DNA from: Squalus acanthias | Lineage: Eukaryota | Reading direction: 5' to 3' | Length of the DNA: 64,000 nucleotides | Assembly: GCA_030390025.1 (NCBI GenBank) | Contig: CM059432.1 | Coordinates: forward strand, 130,512,001-130,576,000 | Part shown: positions 37,147 through 50,140 of the stretch, in pieces | Layout: every line of letters begins with the position of its first letter | Numbering within the stretch: position 1 is the first letter of the stretch | Translations under genes and position numbers: made by a program | Notes under the pieces: model-generated | Databases searched by the model: none | Told to the model about the DNA's origin: nothing | Seen by the model: the letters and a program-made list of their open reading frames with translations, nothing else

Positions 37147-38198
37147 AGTCCATTTTAAATGATGGATGCCAATTCCGCTTCTCAGTTCTTTTCTGAAACA
37201 CCGAATGTTATAAAGTTGTCACATCAGCAGCAATGTTAAAAATCAGTGCTCCCATCTTAATGGACATTTTCCCTTTTACTAGATACTCTATACACACAGT
37301 CAAGGAATTCCTGCAACAGTCTGATCTTTTCCAGATCCGATAAAATCCTTTTGCTGCAGCTCAGGCACATGCTGCATATCTTAGTTTTGAGTAGTAGAGA
37401 TTCAAGGATGAGAGAGCGAGAGAGCGAGAGAGGCGCACGCAGCTGAATTTCACTGAAAATAACAGTGGATTTTAGGTATCGCAGGACATGCTGGGTAAGC
37501 TCAGTCTTACACGAGAGTCTAAAGTAAGAGCGTCTCAGCAACATAAGCCATGAGGTGAGGAATACCTGGGTGGAACCAGGCTGGATGTGAATTTCAACTG
37601 TGACTGTACACCACAGAGGGGGAACAGTGATTTTTATTTAAAATGTAACTGACTCTGACATCATCTTGAAACTAAAACAGAGAGCTAGAGAGCTGGAAGA
37701 TTGGCCACAGAGGAGGAGCTGGGGGCAACTTCCAAGCATGAGCACTGCAACAGAAAGAAATGAAGAAAAACAACAGCAAGTATATCACAAGACAACCAAG
37801 GACAGAAAAACAGAATCAAAGACACTGACAAGCGACAATCACTGAAAAGAAAGTCAATTATATAACTAGATTTAAAAAGATCCCTCACAAAGATCCCTTG
37901 AAATCACAAAGAGAATAAATTGTGCCATATTGAAAACAATGAAAGCGTTAGAAACCTGGAAAAATGTATTACTTAAAATGAATACTCGCCGACATCTATT
38001 TTAATTAATGCAGGTTTAATTAATGCACTGTTGGAGGTGCCGTCTTTCAGATGAGATGTTAAATCGAGACCCCACCTGCCCCCTCAGGTGGATGTAAAAG
38101 ATCCCATGGCACTATTCGAAGAGAGCAGGGGAGTTCTGCCAGTGTCCTGGCCAATATTTATCTTTCAATCAACATCACTAAAAACACTATCTGGTTAT

Positions 38199-38965
38199 CC
38201 ACTATTGATTTCCAGGTGAAACTGCAATTTACTTGTACTTCTTGCAATTTAGTATACTGTATTCGCTGCTCACGATGCGGTCTCCTCTATATTGGGGAGA
38301 CCAAACGCAGATTGGGTGACTGCTTTGCGGAACACCTCCGTTCAGTCCGTAAGGGTGACCCCGAGCTTCCGGTCGCCTGTCACTTTAATTCTCCACTCCA
38401 CTCCCACTCAGACCTCACCGTCCTCGGCCTCTTACATTGTTCCAATGAAGCTCAACATAAGCTCGAGGAACAGCACCTCATCTTTCGATTAGGCACTTTA
38501 CAGCCTTCTGGACACAACATCGAGTTCAACAATTTCAGACCATAACCTCTGCCCCTATCTTTATTTTCCATTTATTTATTTTTTTCTCTCTCTCACATGG
38601 CAGCTGTCGATCATTCTGCCAGTGCCATTTACACTTCATCTAGAGCCATCTTTTGTTTCTTAACTTGTCCCATTACCATCTCCTTTTGCCTTGCACCATC
38701 ATCCCTTTTGTCTCTTAATCGCTCCTGCCTTCCATCCTATCACAGACCTTCCCTTTTGTTCTTTCCTCCCCTCCCCCATTTCCCTGCCCCTGCACTTGCT
38801 TAAAAACCTGTTCCATCGCCAGCTTTTCCAGTTCTGACGAAGGGTCATCGACCTGAAACGTTAACTCTGTTTCTCTCTCCATAGATGCTGCCTGACCTGC
38901 TGAGTATTTCCAGCATTTTCTGTTTTTATTTCAGATTTCTAGCATCCGCAGTATTTTGCTTTTGT
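38199..38965 (+). mobile_element. PLE family B 3' fragment (GIY-YIG + pseudo-LTR with tail)
   Basis: NLVYCIRCSRCGLLYIGETKRRLGDCFAEHLRSV. ACTATCTGGTTAT duplicated at 38186-38198 and 38966-38978. Confidence 0.9.
38830..38866 (+). ncRNA. Minimal hammerhead ribozyme of PLE family B (intact core)
   Basis: agtt-CTGACGA-a-gggtc(atc)gacct-GAAA-cg-tt-aact: stem I agtt/aact, stem II, palindromic stem III. Confidence 0.75.
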
Positions 38966-39494
38966 ACTATCTGGTTATTATTTCATTGCTGTTTGTGGGA
39001 GCTTGCTGTGCACAAATTGGCTGCCATGTTTTCCTACAATACAGCAGTGACTACACTTCAAAAGCACTTCAACATCTGTAAAGGGTTTTGGGACGTCCTG
39101 AGGTTGTGAAAGACGCTATATAAATGCAAGATCTCTCTTTCTTTAATTTACACAACATACAACTGTGTTGCTTTTTAAAGAGTATATGTTATTTACCCAG
39201 CCGCTCTGGCAAACTCTTTGAAAAATACAGTCTCCGATTGTTAGTACAGGTTTTATTGAACTTACTGTTACAGTTTGAGATGCTTATACAGCTCGACATG
39301 CCTTCACTACACCTGACGATAAACAGAAACGAAGAGGATATTTTTCCCTTTGAAGTTCATGCAACTTTTGAAGAAATCAGGCAAACAAAATGTCAACAGT
39401 TTTAATACCTTAGTAACCAATGAAATAATGGGTTGTAATAGCCAGCCTCCTTCATCTATTATGATTCAAAATTCTTTCCAACACTTTTTACTTA

Positions 39495-39862
39495 TACAAA
39501 AAGAAAATACTGCAGATGCTGGAAATCTGAAGTAAAAACAGAAAATGCTGGAGACACTCAGCAGGTCAGACAGCATCTGTGAAGAGAGAAACAGAGTTAA
39601 TGCTTCAGGTCGATGACCTTTCGTCAGAACTGGAAAAAAGCAGGAAATGGAACAGATTTTAAAGCAAGTTTAGGGGCTGGGAAATGGGGGAGGGGATGAA
39701 AGAACAAAAGGGAAGGTCTGTGATAGGATAGAAGGCAGGAGAAGTAAAGAGACATTAAGATATATTCAAGGCAAAAGGAGATGGTAATGGGACAGGTTAA
39801 GAAACAAAGGATGGCTCTAGATGAAGTGTGAATTGCGCTAGCAGAATGAAAGACAGCTGCCA
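39495..39862 (-). mobile_element. PLE-B pseudo-LTR
   Basis: Reverse complement of the 38600-38965 segment. Mutated hammerhead at 39595-39631. Confidence 0.85.
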
Positions 39863-40943
39863 GCTTTTTACTTATGCTCAGCTTCCATCGGAAAGCCTGC
39901 ATTTTCTATTAACCAGAACATGACCGTATGCACAAAATATGTAGGATAGCATTATCACAGGGGGAACAATTAACCCTTGTACCATTGAGGTATAGAAATA
40001 ATACAGCCTTCCCAAAGTATCCTCAAGATCTCTTTGAACCAACAGATAATATGTACTAATTTTGAGTTTATTCAAAAAGTAAACTTACATAAATCAGATT
40101 TTGAAACGTCTTTAATTAACACGTTCCTTTAAAACTTTTCGTCAAGCCAAAGTAACAAAGATCTTTTTTATTACACAAATGCCCACTGTCAGACTCAAGA
40201 GTCCTGCCTCATTACAGCAACACATCCATATGATGAAACTCTGCGAACTGAACTAAAGAACGAGGGAAAGCTTGGCATATTCGTCTCCAGATTTAGATAA
40301 CTTCTGACTACAGAATTGTCAATCAAGAATCACAATCAAACAGCAGGAGATGGATCACACACTACATTGATCAGCAGTAACACCCTTACATCTGCTTTAC
40401 ACAGATGCTCATTCTGACAGTATTTGCTCTCGGCTAACTTTTTGAATAGAAAAGCTTATTTTTGGTGGGATAACAGTAGCATTTTATCTTCCAGTGACAA
40501 CCCTGTATACATTAATAAGTCAGAGGTGACTAACCAACCACTCAGAATCTGGTGAAGGAACTGCATATAAAGGCAACCACACCTCCCATACCCAGTCAAA
40601 CACATGTATTCATGTATTCTCTCCTTTGCAGATACAATAGAAATCTCTGCCAGAAAACAGTCACAAAAGCTTTTTTTAAAAATATTAATTCTCAGGTTCA
40701 TTGTACACAATTATTTGAAATCATATTTTTATCTGCCTCATTGCAAGGGTGGATGCAAGTAATAAAGCCTACAGAACAAAGAGAGTTTTCTCATTTTGTG
40801 TTAAACAAAGTGTGTCTGAGCAGACATTTTGGTTTTCGATAAAGCTCTTGGGATTTCATTTTTGAACTGGGTTACCATCATTTTTTAAAAAGACATAATA
40901 CACATTTAACAGGGGAAAATAAATCTACTTTCATCACGCTTAC

Positions 40944-41088
40944 CTTCATGCTCAGTAAGGGCAAGTGCGACATCTGTTGTGACTTCAATTCCAGTGTTGA
41001 TAGACACATGACATGTTTTCAGGGAGGACACTGCTGAATCCACAGAGTTGAAGGAGATCACAGGCATAATGGTCGACCGTCCAGGCAT
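40944..41088 (-). CDS. NSMCE2: NSMCE2 (MMS21, SMC5/6 SUMO E3 ligase) first coding exon; exon begins at about 41105 with a short 5' UTR
   Basis: MPGRSTIMPVISFNSVDSAVSSLKTCHVSINTGIEVTTDVALALTEHE resembles the NSMCE2 N-terminus (MPGRS...ISFSGVESALSSLK...INSGMD...VAL). Acceptor ctgtccacAG, phase-1 donor GTaagc. NSMCE2 is the known neighbour of WASHC5. Confidence 0.88.
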
Positions 41089-41721
41089 TTTGTAATAGTA
41101 GCAACCTGTGGACAGTAATAATAGACAATGAAGCAGCAAATTTAAATGAAATCCATTGTTCATACATTCCTCTGTATTTGTTATGCTAAACACTGATTTC
41201 CATAGTTAAAACCCAAGGATATACATCTAAACAGGGGTGCAAAGTAAAGCACCTTCTTGAAACCAAGTTGCATAGTCACCCCTAAATATTCTAACCACTG
41301 GTAATCAAAGTAAAATGAAAATAACAAGAGGCCAATCAAATCTATCTGATTGCATCTGGGAGCTTCCTGATCTGTAGAGCTCAGTCACCTGCCAGCTGAA
41401 CTAATGAAAGAACCCAGAGGTGGTCTTAAAAAGTCTTCCAGTGCAGTGCATTATTTATAGATCTGCAGGAATACATACAGGCTAAACACAGAGTGGGATT
41501 TACTGAAGAGTCATAACTGGAGACCTGGCTGATTGCCCCATCCTTAGCCCAGAGGCACCAAGGGCAGCTCTAGCAGCCCTAGTGTCACCCTGACTTCGGT
41601 CAGCTAACTCACTACCAACTTGTATAAAACCTGGTAACTTTCAGCACCACACAGAGGGACATCTACCACCTGATCAAGGACTTCAAGATTATGACAGGTT
41701 AATAATGATGATAATGTAAAT

Positions 41722-42498
41722 ATGCAACACCTGCCCTTTTACCTCCTCCCTTCCCACCGTCCAGGGCCCCAAACACTCCTTCCAGGTGAAACAGCAATTT
41801 ACTTGTACTTCTTTCAATTTAGTATACTGTATTCGCTGCTCACGATGCGGTCTCCTCTACATTGGGAAGACCAAATGCAGATTGGATGATCGCTTTACAG
41901 AACACCTCCGTGCAGTCCACAAGTGTGACCCCCGAGCTTCCGGTCGCCTGTCATTTTAATTCTCCGCCCCACTCCCATTGTGACCTCGGTCTCCTACACT
42001 GTTTCAATGAAGCTCAATGTAAGCGCGAGGAACAGCACCTCATCTTTCTATAAGGCACTTTACAGCCTTCCGGACTCAACATTGACTTCAGCAATTTCAG
42101 ATCATAACCTCTGCCCCTATTTTTTCCAGACGGCAGCTGTTGCTAATGCTTCTGAAATTCCCATTTAAACCTCCTCTAAACCCATCTTTTGTTTCTTTAC
42201 TGGTCCCATTACCATCTCCTTTTGCCTCGCACCATCATCCCTTTTGTTATTTAATCTCTCCTGCCTTCCACCCTATCACAGCCCTTCCCTTTTGATCTTT
42301 CCTCCACTCCCCCTTTCCCTGCCTCTGTACTTGCTTAAAATCTGTTAATCTCTAACTTTTTCCAGTTCTGAGGAAAGGTCATCGACCTGAAATGTTAACT
42401 CTGTTTCTCTCTCCATAGATGCTGCCTGACCTGCTGAGTATTTCCAGCATTTTCTGTTTTTTATTTCAGATTTCCAGCAGCCAGTGTTTTGTTTTTGT
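41722..42498 (+). mobile_element. PLE-B 3' fragment in NSMCE2 intron 1
   Basis: GIY-YIG remnant plus pseudo-LTR. Hammerhead core CTGAGGA...GAAA at 42364-42400. Confidence 0.85.
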
Positions 42499-43134
42499 AT
42501 AATGTAAATAGCGATGGTTTCCATTGGTCAGCAAGACAACAACAAGAGGACACACATTTATGATCACAAAAGACTTAAAGGGGGAAGTTGGAAAAAAAAT
42601 ACAACCAGGACGGTCAGACAGGGTCTGTAAATCCTGTTAGAAGGGAAATTAGATAATTGCTTGAAAGGAGGAATCTTAAAGGATATGGAAAGCAAGCAGG
42701 AAAGTGGGATTGGACTATCTGGCTCAGGTAGAAAAAAAATACCAGCACAGACTTGACCGGCCAAATGGACTGTTTCTGTTCTGTAACACTCTATGATTCT
42801 CACCCTGACCCAAATGTTTCTAAACTATTTATTTTCATAAATACAACACAAAGACCCTTGCGAACCTGCCAAGTGTTAATAAACGAGCAACTCATCTTTT
42901 TTTAAATGGTGCTCACTCTTCAAAAATATCAACACAGATCAATAATGGCCCTTGTTTAGGTGGAGAACTGTTTATTTTTTAACATGCCCCTCTCTGATAA
43001 AACAGCAAGTGTTTATCCGAGCCTGGCTGCTAAACAATTGCTGTGTGTTTGTAAACTGCGACTCGGCCCCTCACTGCTTGACACAAATAAATCCGCAGTT
43101 TACACATTTGTTGAAAGCAATAAATTTAATTAAA

Positions 43135-43410
43135 GCGCCCGTCCTTCCTTCCTCCCCTCCCTGGACAAACCTGTCGCCAGTTGCGGGCCCAGGCAACGCT
43201 CGGCCTCACTCCGCCGCCGCCGCCTTACTGTTCAAATGGCTGGCCCAGCGCGGAGCACCCTGGACTTGTAGTTTTCCGCTCCCTCATCTACCTTCAATGG
43301 CTCAGGAGGGAAACTACAAATCCCAGCGGCCATTGCGCCGCAGACCCAGGGAGCGCTTTCTGCGGCTGCTCTTGGGGACCGAAGGCCGGCGCGCCCGAGC
43401 AAGGGTATGG
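43135..43410. promoter_or_regulatory. CpG-island promoter with two divergent ZNF143/THAP11-type ACTACAnnTCC motifs
   Basis: Local CpG enrichment in non-repeat DNA. AAACTACAAATCCCAGCGGCCATTGCG (+, from 43311) and AAACTACAAGTCC (-, 43262-43274). Lies about 2 kb upstream of the NSMCE2 ATG exon. Confidence 0.8.
43171..43245 (-). other. NSMCE2: Putative non-coding first exon of NSMCE2
   Basis: GC-rich segment (GGCGGCGGCGG) inside the CpG island. It starts near a YY1-like GCCATTT and ends in a donor CAG|GTttgt. The TSS is approximate. Confidence 0.55.
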
Positions 43411-46400
43411 CATCATTATTGGATGATAGGCTTTTCCACCAACCCCGACTCCCCCAACCATTAACAGACTTGCAACCATTCCAAAGTTGGACCGAATGGC
43501 CTGCTTCTGTGCTGTAAATTATATGTAATGCAAAATTCTATGAAAGAGGATGGGTGAAGACTGGTACCACTGCTTTAAGGTGCCAAATTGTTGACAATTC
43601 TCTTCAGGAACTATTCTACTTACATGCCAACCAACAAAACTCGTAAAAGCTGTTGAATCAAACAATAAGGTCGGGCTGAAAAACAGCCCTCAATAAAGGT
43701 CTTGACCAAAGGTCACTGCTTCGAGGCAATTGAATAAGTAAAATTATTTTTTATTACATTGGATTTTGGGGTTTTTATTAGTGTCAGCATGAAATGTGAA
43801 CAGATTAATGTTTAGCTCTACAGCCAGAAGTTCCCAGGTTTGATTCCTGGTCTTTGTTGAATTATTTCACCTCAGCCAGGACAGCCGTTGGGCATTATAG
43901 TTGTCCTCAGTGCCCCTGTAATATAGAGGAGTCAACAACGGTCCCCACATTACTCTCTGCAAACCTCAGCTGGAAAGTATGTATACATGCTCATTGGGTG
44001 CCATGCCCTCCATAGTGAAATAGCCAGTCAACACTCGCTCACACATGAAGAATGGCCACTTCAACAAGATGGTGAAGTATGTAACCATATTTCAATGTGC
44101 CTCAGCAACTTCAGGAGAGGAGGGTTAGAAAATTGGCAAATAATTTTTTTTTCTAATTTATTTATTGAGGGCAAGATTCCACCCCCCCCCCCCCAATGTT
44201 AAATTTCTTCCATACCCCTTTTCACTGGGCTCTCTGCGCCAGACATCATCCATGGGCCAGAGGTTAAATGAGCATCCTCAGGTGAGCATGGTGGAAATGT
44301 AAACAGAGAACAGTGCCAGAAGGCTAGTAGAGCGTTAAACTTCCAAAACCAGCAGCATAGAAGTTTCTTATAATTTGAGCAGGGCCCACTCTGCACTTAT
44401 GCCAGGTAAATAATTTCAAAGTCAGCTCAAAAGGTATTTTCAACATCATATCCAACCAAACTTTTCAGCCAGTTACTGTAGCAGAAACTTACATTCATTA
44501 GCAAGGTGACTCTGGTCATTTAACCAGAACATTATTAAAATAAATAAAGATCTTTGGAAAATATGTGCATGTGTACATAGAGTCTACAGCACAGAAACAG
44601 GCCGTTCAGCCCAACTGGTCTGTGCCGGTGTTTATGCTCCACACGAGCCTCCTCCCACCCTACTTCATCTAACCCTATCAGCATCCTTCTATTTCTTTCT
44701 CCCTCATGTGAGTATCTAGCTTTCCCTTAAATACATATATGCTATTCATCTCAACTACGCCTTGTGGTAGCGAGTTCCACATTCTTACCACTCTTTGGAC
44801 ACCCATTCTGCAAGTTTATTAATTACTTCTTGTATTTTGTCACATTTTTCCTCAATATTAACTACACCCCCACTTTAGTATCGTCCACAAACTTTCAAAT
44901 TGTATTTCCAATTCGCAAGTCCAAATCGTTAATGTAAATTGTGAACAACAGTGGCCCAGCACCGATCCCTGTAACTTTTTTTTTTAGAAAAACTAGTTGT
45001 GTAGTCCATTCAATTTTTCACGCATGTGTGGTTAGTCACATTGAAAAGCCCGTGAGCGGCCTGCGCAGGACCTCCAGACCGCTGCGCAGCTTAGCGGGAA
45101 CGTTGCCCAGCACCGATCCCTGTGAAAGTTTGGGGCTGGAGAGGAACTTGGAGTGGGAGGGAAGGATCCAGTTGTCGTGGTCCACGTAGGTACCAATGAC
45201 ATAGGTAAGACTAAGAAAGAGGTTCTGCTGAGGGAGTATCAGCAGCTAGGGTCTAAATTAAAAAGCAGAACCACAACGGGAATAATCTCTGGATTACTAC
45301 CTGAGCCACGAGCAAATTAGCATAGGGTCAATAAGATCAGAGAGTTGAATGCGTGGCTCAAGGATTGGTGTGAGCGAAATGGGTTTCGATTCATGGGGCA
45401 CTGGCACCAGTACTGGGGAAAGAAAAAAAAGAAAGTCTTGCATTTATAAGAGGGAGCTGTTCCGTTGGGACAGCCTTCACATGAACCATGCTGGGACCAG
45501 TGTCCTGGCGAATCGAATAACTAGGGCTGTAAATAGGGCTTTAAACTAAATAGTGGGGGGGGGGGGGGGTGGCGGGGGGAAGAGGGTTCAAGCGAGGGGA
45601 AATTTAGAAAGTTAAAGAGAAAGGACAGGGCAATAGTGCACGGTAGCGATATGGGCAATGAAAACCAGAGTGTGGCAGGAAGGGACAGAGCATACAAACA
45701 TAAGAGTGCACCGGCAAATAAGGTCAGAGTAGGGAAAAATGATAAAAAGACAACATTAAAGGCTCTTTATCTGAATGCACATAGCATTCATAACAAGATA
45801 GACGAATTGACGGCACAAATAGAAATAAACGGGTATGATCTAATAGCCATCACGGAGATGTGGTTGCAATGTGACCAAGGCTGGGAACTGAATACTCGCG
45901 TATTTAACATTTCGGAAGGATAGACCAAAAGGAAAAGGAGGTGGGGTAGCTCTGTTAATAAAGGATGAGATCAGTACAATAGTGAGAAATGATCTTGGCT
46001 CGGAAGTTCCAGATGTAGAATCAATTTGGGTGGATGTAAGAAATAGTAAGGGAAAGAAGGCACTGGTGGGAGTAATCTATAGGCCCCCTAACTGTAGCTA
46101 CACTATAGGACAGAGCATAAATCAAGAAATAATGGGAGCTTGTAAGAAAGGTACTGCAGTAATCATGGGCGATCTTAATCTTCATATAGATTGGACAAAT
46201 CAAATTGGCAAAAACAGCCTTGAGGACGAGTTCATAGACTGTATTCGGGACAGTTTCTTGGAACAATACGTTGTGGAACTGACCAGGGAACAGGTTATTT
46301 TAGATCTGGTAATGTGTAATGAAACAGGATGAATTAATGATCTCATAGTAAAGGATCCTCTAGGGAAGAGTGATCATAACATGATAGAATTCCATATTCA

Positions 46401-46722
46401 GTTTGAAGGTGAGAAACTTGTGTCTAAAACTAGAGTATTAAACTTAAATAAAGGCAATTACAAAGGTATGAGGAGAGAGTTGGCTAAAGTGGACTGGGGA
46501 AATAGATTAGAAGGTAAGACGATACAGAAAGCAGTGGCAGATGCATTTCAAGAGATATTTCATGATTCTCAACAAAGAATATTTCAGTGAGAAAGAAAGA
46601 CTCAAAAAGAAGGATGAACCAACCATGGCTAACCAAGGAAGTTAAGGATGGTATCAAATTGAAGGAAAAGGCATAAAATGTTGCAAAGATTAGTGGTAGG
46701 CCAGAAGAATGGGAAAGTGAGT

Positions 46723-46908
46723 AAATTGAGAGGTCGCACAACACCAGGTTATAGATCAACAGTTTTATTTGAATCACAGCTTTCGGAGCTATCGATTGCT
46801 CCTTCTCAGGTGAAGTAATTTCAAATAAAACTGTAGGACTATTACATGGTGTGGGCGACCTGTCCAATTTTGTCCACCCAGTCCAAACCACCGCATCTCC
46901 GATCATGA
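46723..46908. mobile_element. Degenerate inverted PLE-A-related pseudo-LTR pair inside CR1 ORF2
   Basis: The minus arm carries a degenerate hammerhead (CTGAGAA...GAAAGCT). The plus arm 46815-46908 ends in the ...catctccgatcatga tail. Confidence 0.7.
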
Positions 46909-47084
46909 ACAGTTAGAAACTGCAAAGGTGACTAAAAAAATAATAAAGAGGGAGAAAATAGCTTGAGAGTAAACTAGCAAGAAATATAAAAACTGACAGT
47001 AAGAGCTTCTACAAGTATATAAAAAGGAAGAGAGTAGCTAAAGTAAACATTGGTCCCTAAGAGGACGAGACTGGGGAAATAATA

Positions 47085-48752
47085 ATGGGAAATAAGGAAA
47101 TGGCAGAGGCATTGAACAAATATTTTGTATCTGTCTTCACAGTAGAGGACACTAAAAACATCCCAGTAATAGTAGAAAATCAAGGGGCAAAAGGGAGGGA
47201 GGAACTTAAAACAATCACTATCACTAGAGAAAAAGTGCTAGGCAAACTTATGGGTCTAAAAGCTGACAAGTCTCCTGGACCTGATGGCCTGCATCCTAGG
47301 GTCTTAAAAGAAGTAGCTACAGAGATAGTGGATGCATTGGTTGTAATCTTCCAAAATTCCCTTGACTCTGGAAAAGTCCCAGCAGATTGGAAAACCACAA
47401 ATGTAACGCCTTTATTCAAAAAAGGAGGGAGACAGAAAGCAGGAAACTATAGGCCAATTAGCCTAACATCTGTCATTGGCAAAATGCTCAAATCCATCAT
47501 TAAGGAGGTAGTAGCAGGGCATTTAGAAAATCATAATACAATCAAACACAGTCAACATGGTTTTATGAAAGGGAAATTATGTTTGACAAATCTATTAGAG
47601 TTCTTGGAGGAGGTAACGAGCAGGGTGGATAAAGGGGAACCAGTAGATGTAGTGTATTTGGATTTCCAAAAGGCATTCGACAAGGTGCCACATAAAAGGT
47701 TACTGCATAAGATAAGAGCTCATGGTGTTGGGGGTAATTTATTAGATTGGATTGAGGATTGGCTAACTAACAGAAAACAGAGAGTCGGGATAAATGGGTC
47801 ATTTTCAGGATGGCAATCTGTGACTAGTGGGGTGCCACAGGGATCAGTGCCTCAACTATTTACAATCTATATTAATGACTTGGATGAAGGAAGCGAGTGT
47901 ATTGTAGCCAAATTTGCAGACAATACAAAGATAGGTGGGAAAGCAAGTTGTGAGGAGGACATAAAGAGTCTGCAAAGGGATATAGATAGGTTAAGTGAGT
48001 GGGCAAGAATTTGGCAGATGGAGTATAAGGTGGGAAAATGTGAAGTTATCCACTTTGGTAGGAAGAATAGAAAAGAAAAATATTATTTAAATGGAGAAAG
48101 ACTACAGAATGCGGCGGTACAGAGGGATTTGGGTGTCCTCGTACATAAAACACAAAAAGTTAACATGCAGGTGCAGCAAGTAATTAGGAAGGCAAATGGA
48201 ATGTTGGCCTTTAGTTCAAAGGGGATAGAGTATAAAAGTAGGGAAGTCTTGCTACAACTGTACAGGGTGCTGGTGAGACCACACCAAGAGTACTGCGTAC
48301 AGTTTTGGTCTCCTTATTTAAGGAGGGATATACTTGCATTGGAGGCAGTTCAGAGAAGGTTCACTAGGTTGATTCCTGGGATGGAAGGGTTGTCTTATGA
48401 GGAAAGGTTGAGCAGGTTGGGCCTATACTCATTGGAGTTTAGAAGAACGAGAGGTGATCTTATTGAAACATATAAGATTCTGAGGGGGTTGGACAGGGTA
48501 GATGCTGAGAGGCTGTTTCCCCTTGTGGGGGAATCTAGAACGAGGGGGCATAGTCTCAGAATAAGGGGTCGCCCATTTAAGACGGAGATGAGGAGGAACT
48601 TCTTCTCTCAGAGGGTTGTGAATCTTTGGAATTCTTTACCCCAGAGAGCTGTGGAAGCTGAGTCATTGAATATATTCAAGGTTGAGATAGACAGATTTTT
48701 GAGCAACAGGGGAGTCAAGGGTTATGGGGAACCGGCAGGAAAGTGGAGTTGA
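47085..48752 (+). pseudogene. CR1 ORF2 reverse transcriptase portion (555 aa open)
   Basis: NYRPISLTS and LDFQKAFDKVPH are present, but the catalytic FADD is changed to FADN and GVPQGSV-PQ has a deletion, so it is probably inactive. Confidence 0.88.
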
Positions 48753-50140
48753 AGCCAAAATCGGATCAGCCATGATCTTATTAAATGGCGGAACAGGCTC
48801 GAGGGGCCGAATGGCCTGCTCCTATTTCTTATGTTCTTATGTAACCTCACTTCCCACCTTTTGCCAGTCTGAGTAGCTACCCTTAACCCCTCCTCACTGT
48901 TGTCTGTTTTGTAGCCAGCTTGCTATCTATTCTGCTAACTGTCCCATCTCCACATGCTGACTTTAGTCATGGGTCTATTATCTAACGCCTTTTGAAAATC
49001 CAAATATATTACATCTGGTACATTACCCTGGTCTCTTTCTGTTACTTCTTCAAATAATTCAGTAAGGTTGGTCAAGCATGACCTTCCCTTTTGAAATCCG
49101 TGCTGACTACTCTAAATTATATTTTCAGCTTCTAGATGTTTTTCTATTATATCTTTGAATAAATAATCCATTATTTTTCCCATCACTAACATTAAGCTAA
49201 CTGGTCTGTACGTTCCCTGGACTTGTTCTATCTCCCTTTTTAAATGCAAGAATAACATTAGCAGTCCGCCAGTCCTCTGGCACTATTCCCTTTTCTAATG
49301 AATTTTTACATATATGTAATAGTGCCTCTGCTATCTCTTCCTAACTTCTTTTAATATGCGTGGATGCAATTCATCCAGACCAGGAGTTTTAACCTCTCTA
49401 AGTTTGATTAGTTTATTCGTTATCTCCCCCCTTTCCATCTTAAATGCCATTACATTTTTTTTTGATTTTTTCTATGTCATGTCCACCCTGTTCGTCTCTC
49501 TGGTAAATACTGAAGCAAAGTAGCGATTCAATATTTCTGCCGTTTCACTGTCATTACCTGTGAGTTTATCTTGTGCATCCCTTAGTGGCCTTATCCCTAT
49601 CCTGATTTTTCTTTTGTTATTGATGTGTCTGTAGAATACTATGGGGGAAAAATTCGGTACGTTAGCGCCTCCCATTAGAGCCAGCAGATAGTGCTAGCGC
49701 ATTATCGCCAGGGTGAGGTGAATCCAACGGCGCATGCCAAACCGCTCCCCCCCCCGCTGCAGCGCCGCCGCTAACAGTTATCACCAGGAGCCTCAACACT
49801 AGGTGGATCGTGACATCAGTGAGTATGCAACACTCACTGACCATCCGATCTGTGAAATTGATTGTCGCCACCTACCTTAGCGCCTGGAGTAAACAGCGAC
49901 AGGGAGAGCTGGCGTGAAGCACCAGGAAGCCGGCTCCAGGGACGTTATTTAAAGGGATTATCAGTAATGAGTCACAGCTGTAGGTTAGTGCAGTTTCAGT
50001 GCTTTTTTGCCAGTTTCACATTGTGCAGCAGTCTCATTCCGTAATTTCAAGGTTATTTAGTATCAAGAGTGTTGTGGCAACTAAAAAGTAGCTACATTTA
50101 ATCTTTAAAAAAAATCAAACTGCTATACTTGGTTACATTA

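Larger units (their letters stand above)
38026..39138 (+). mobile_element. DeuSINE split by a PLE-B insertion
   Basis: Deu domain at 38026-38198 continues at 38966-39138. Confidence 0.8.
45124..48842 (+). mobile_element. CR1 LINE, truncated in ORF1, with disrupted APE and a long open RT
   Basis: Esterase remnant (VVVHVGTNDIG) and APE (GVIYRPPN, IMGDLN). A 555-aa RT ORF lies at 47085-48752. Tail TTCTTATGTTCTTATGT. Confidence 0.92.

Noticed and set aside
37650..37770. Strong minus-strand acceptor in the NSMCE2 intron
   Set aside because: Translation does not resemble NSMCE2 and no clear donor was found.
42952..43464. 170-aa plus-strand ORF over the CpG island
   Set aside because: Non-ATG start, no recognisable domain, and expected by chance in GC-rich promoter DNA.
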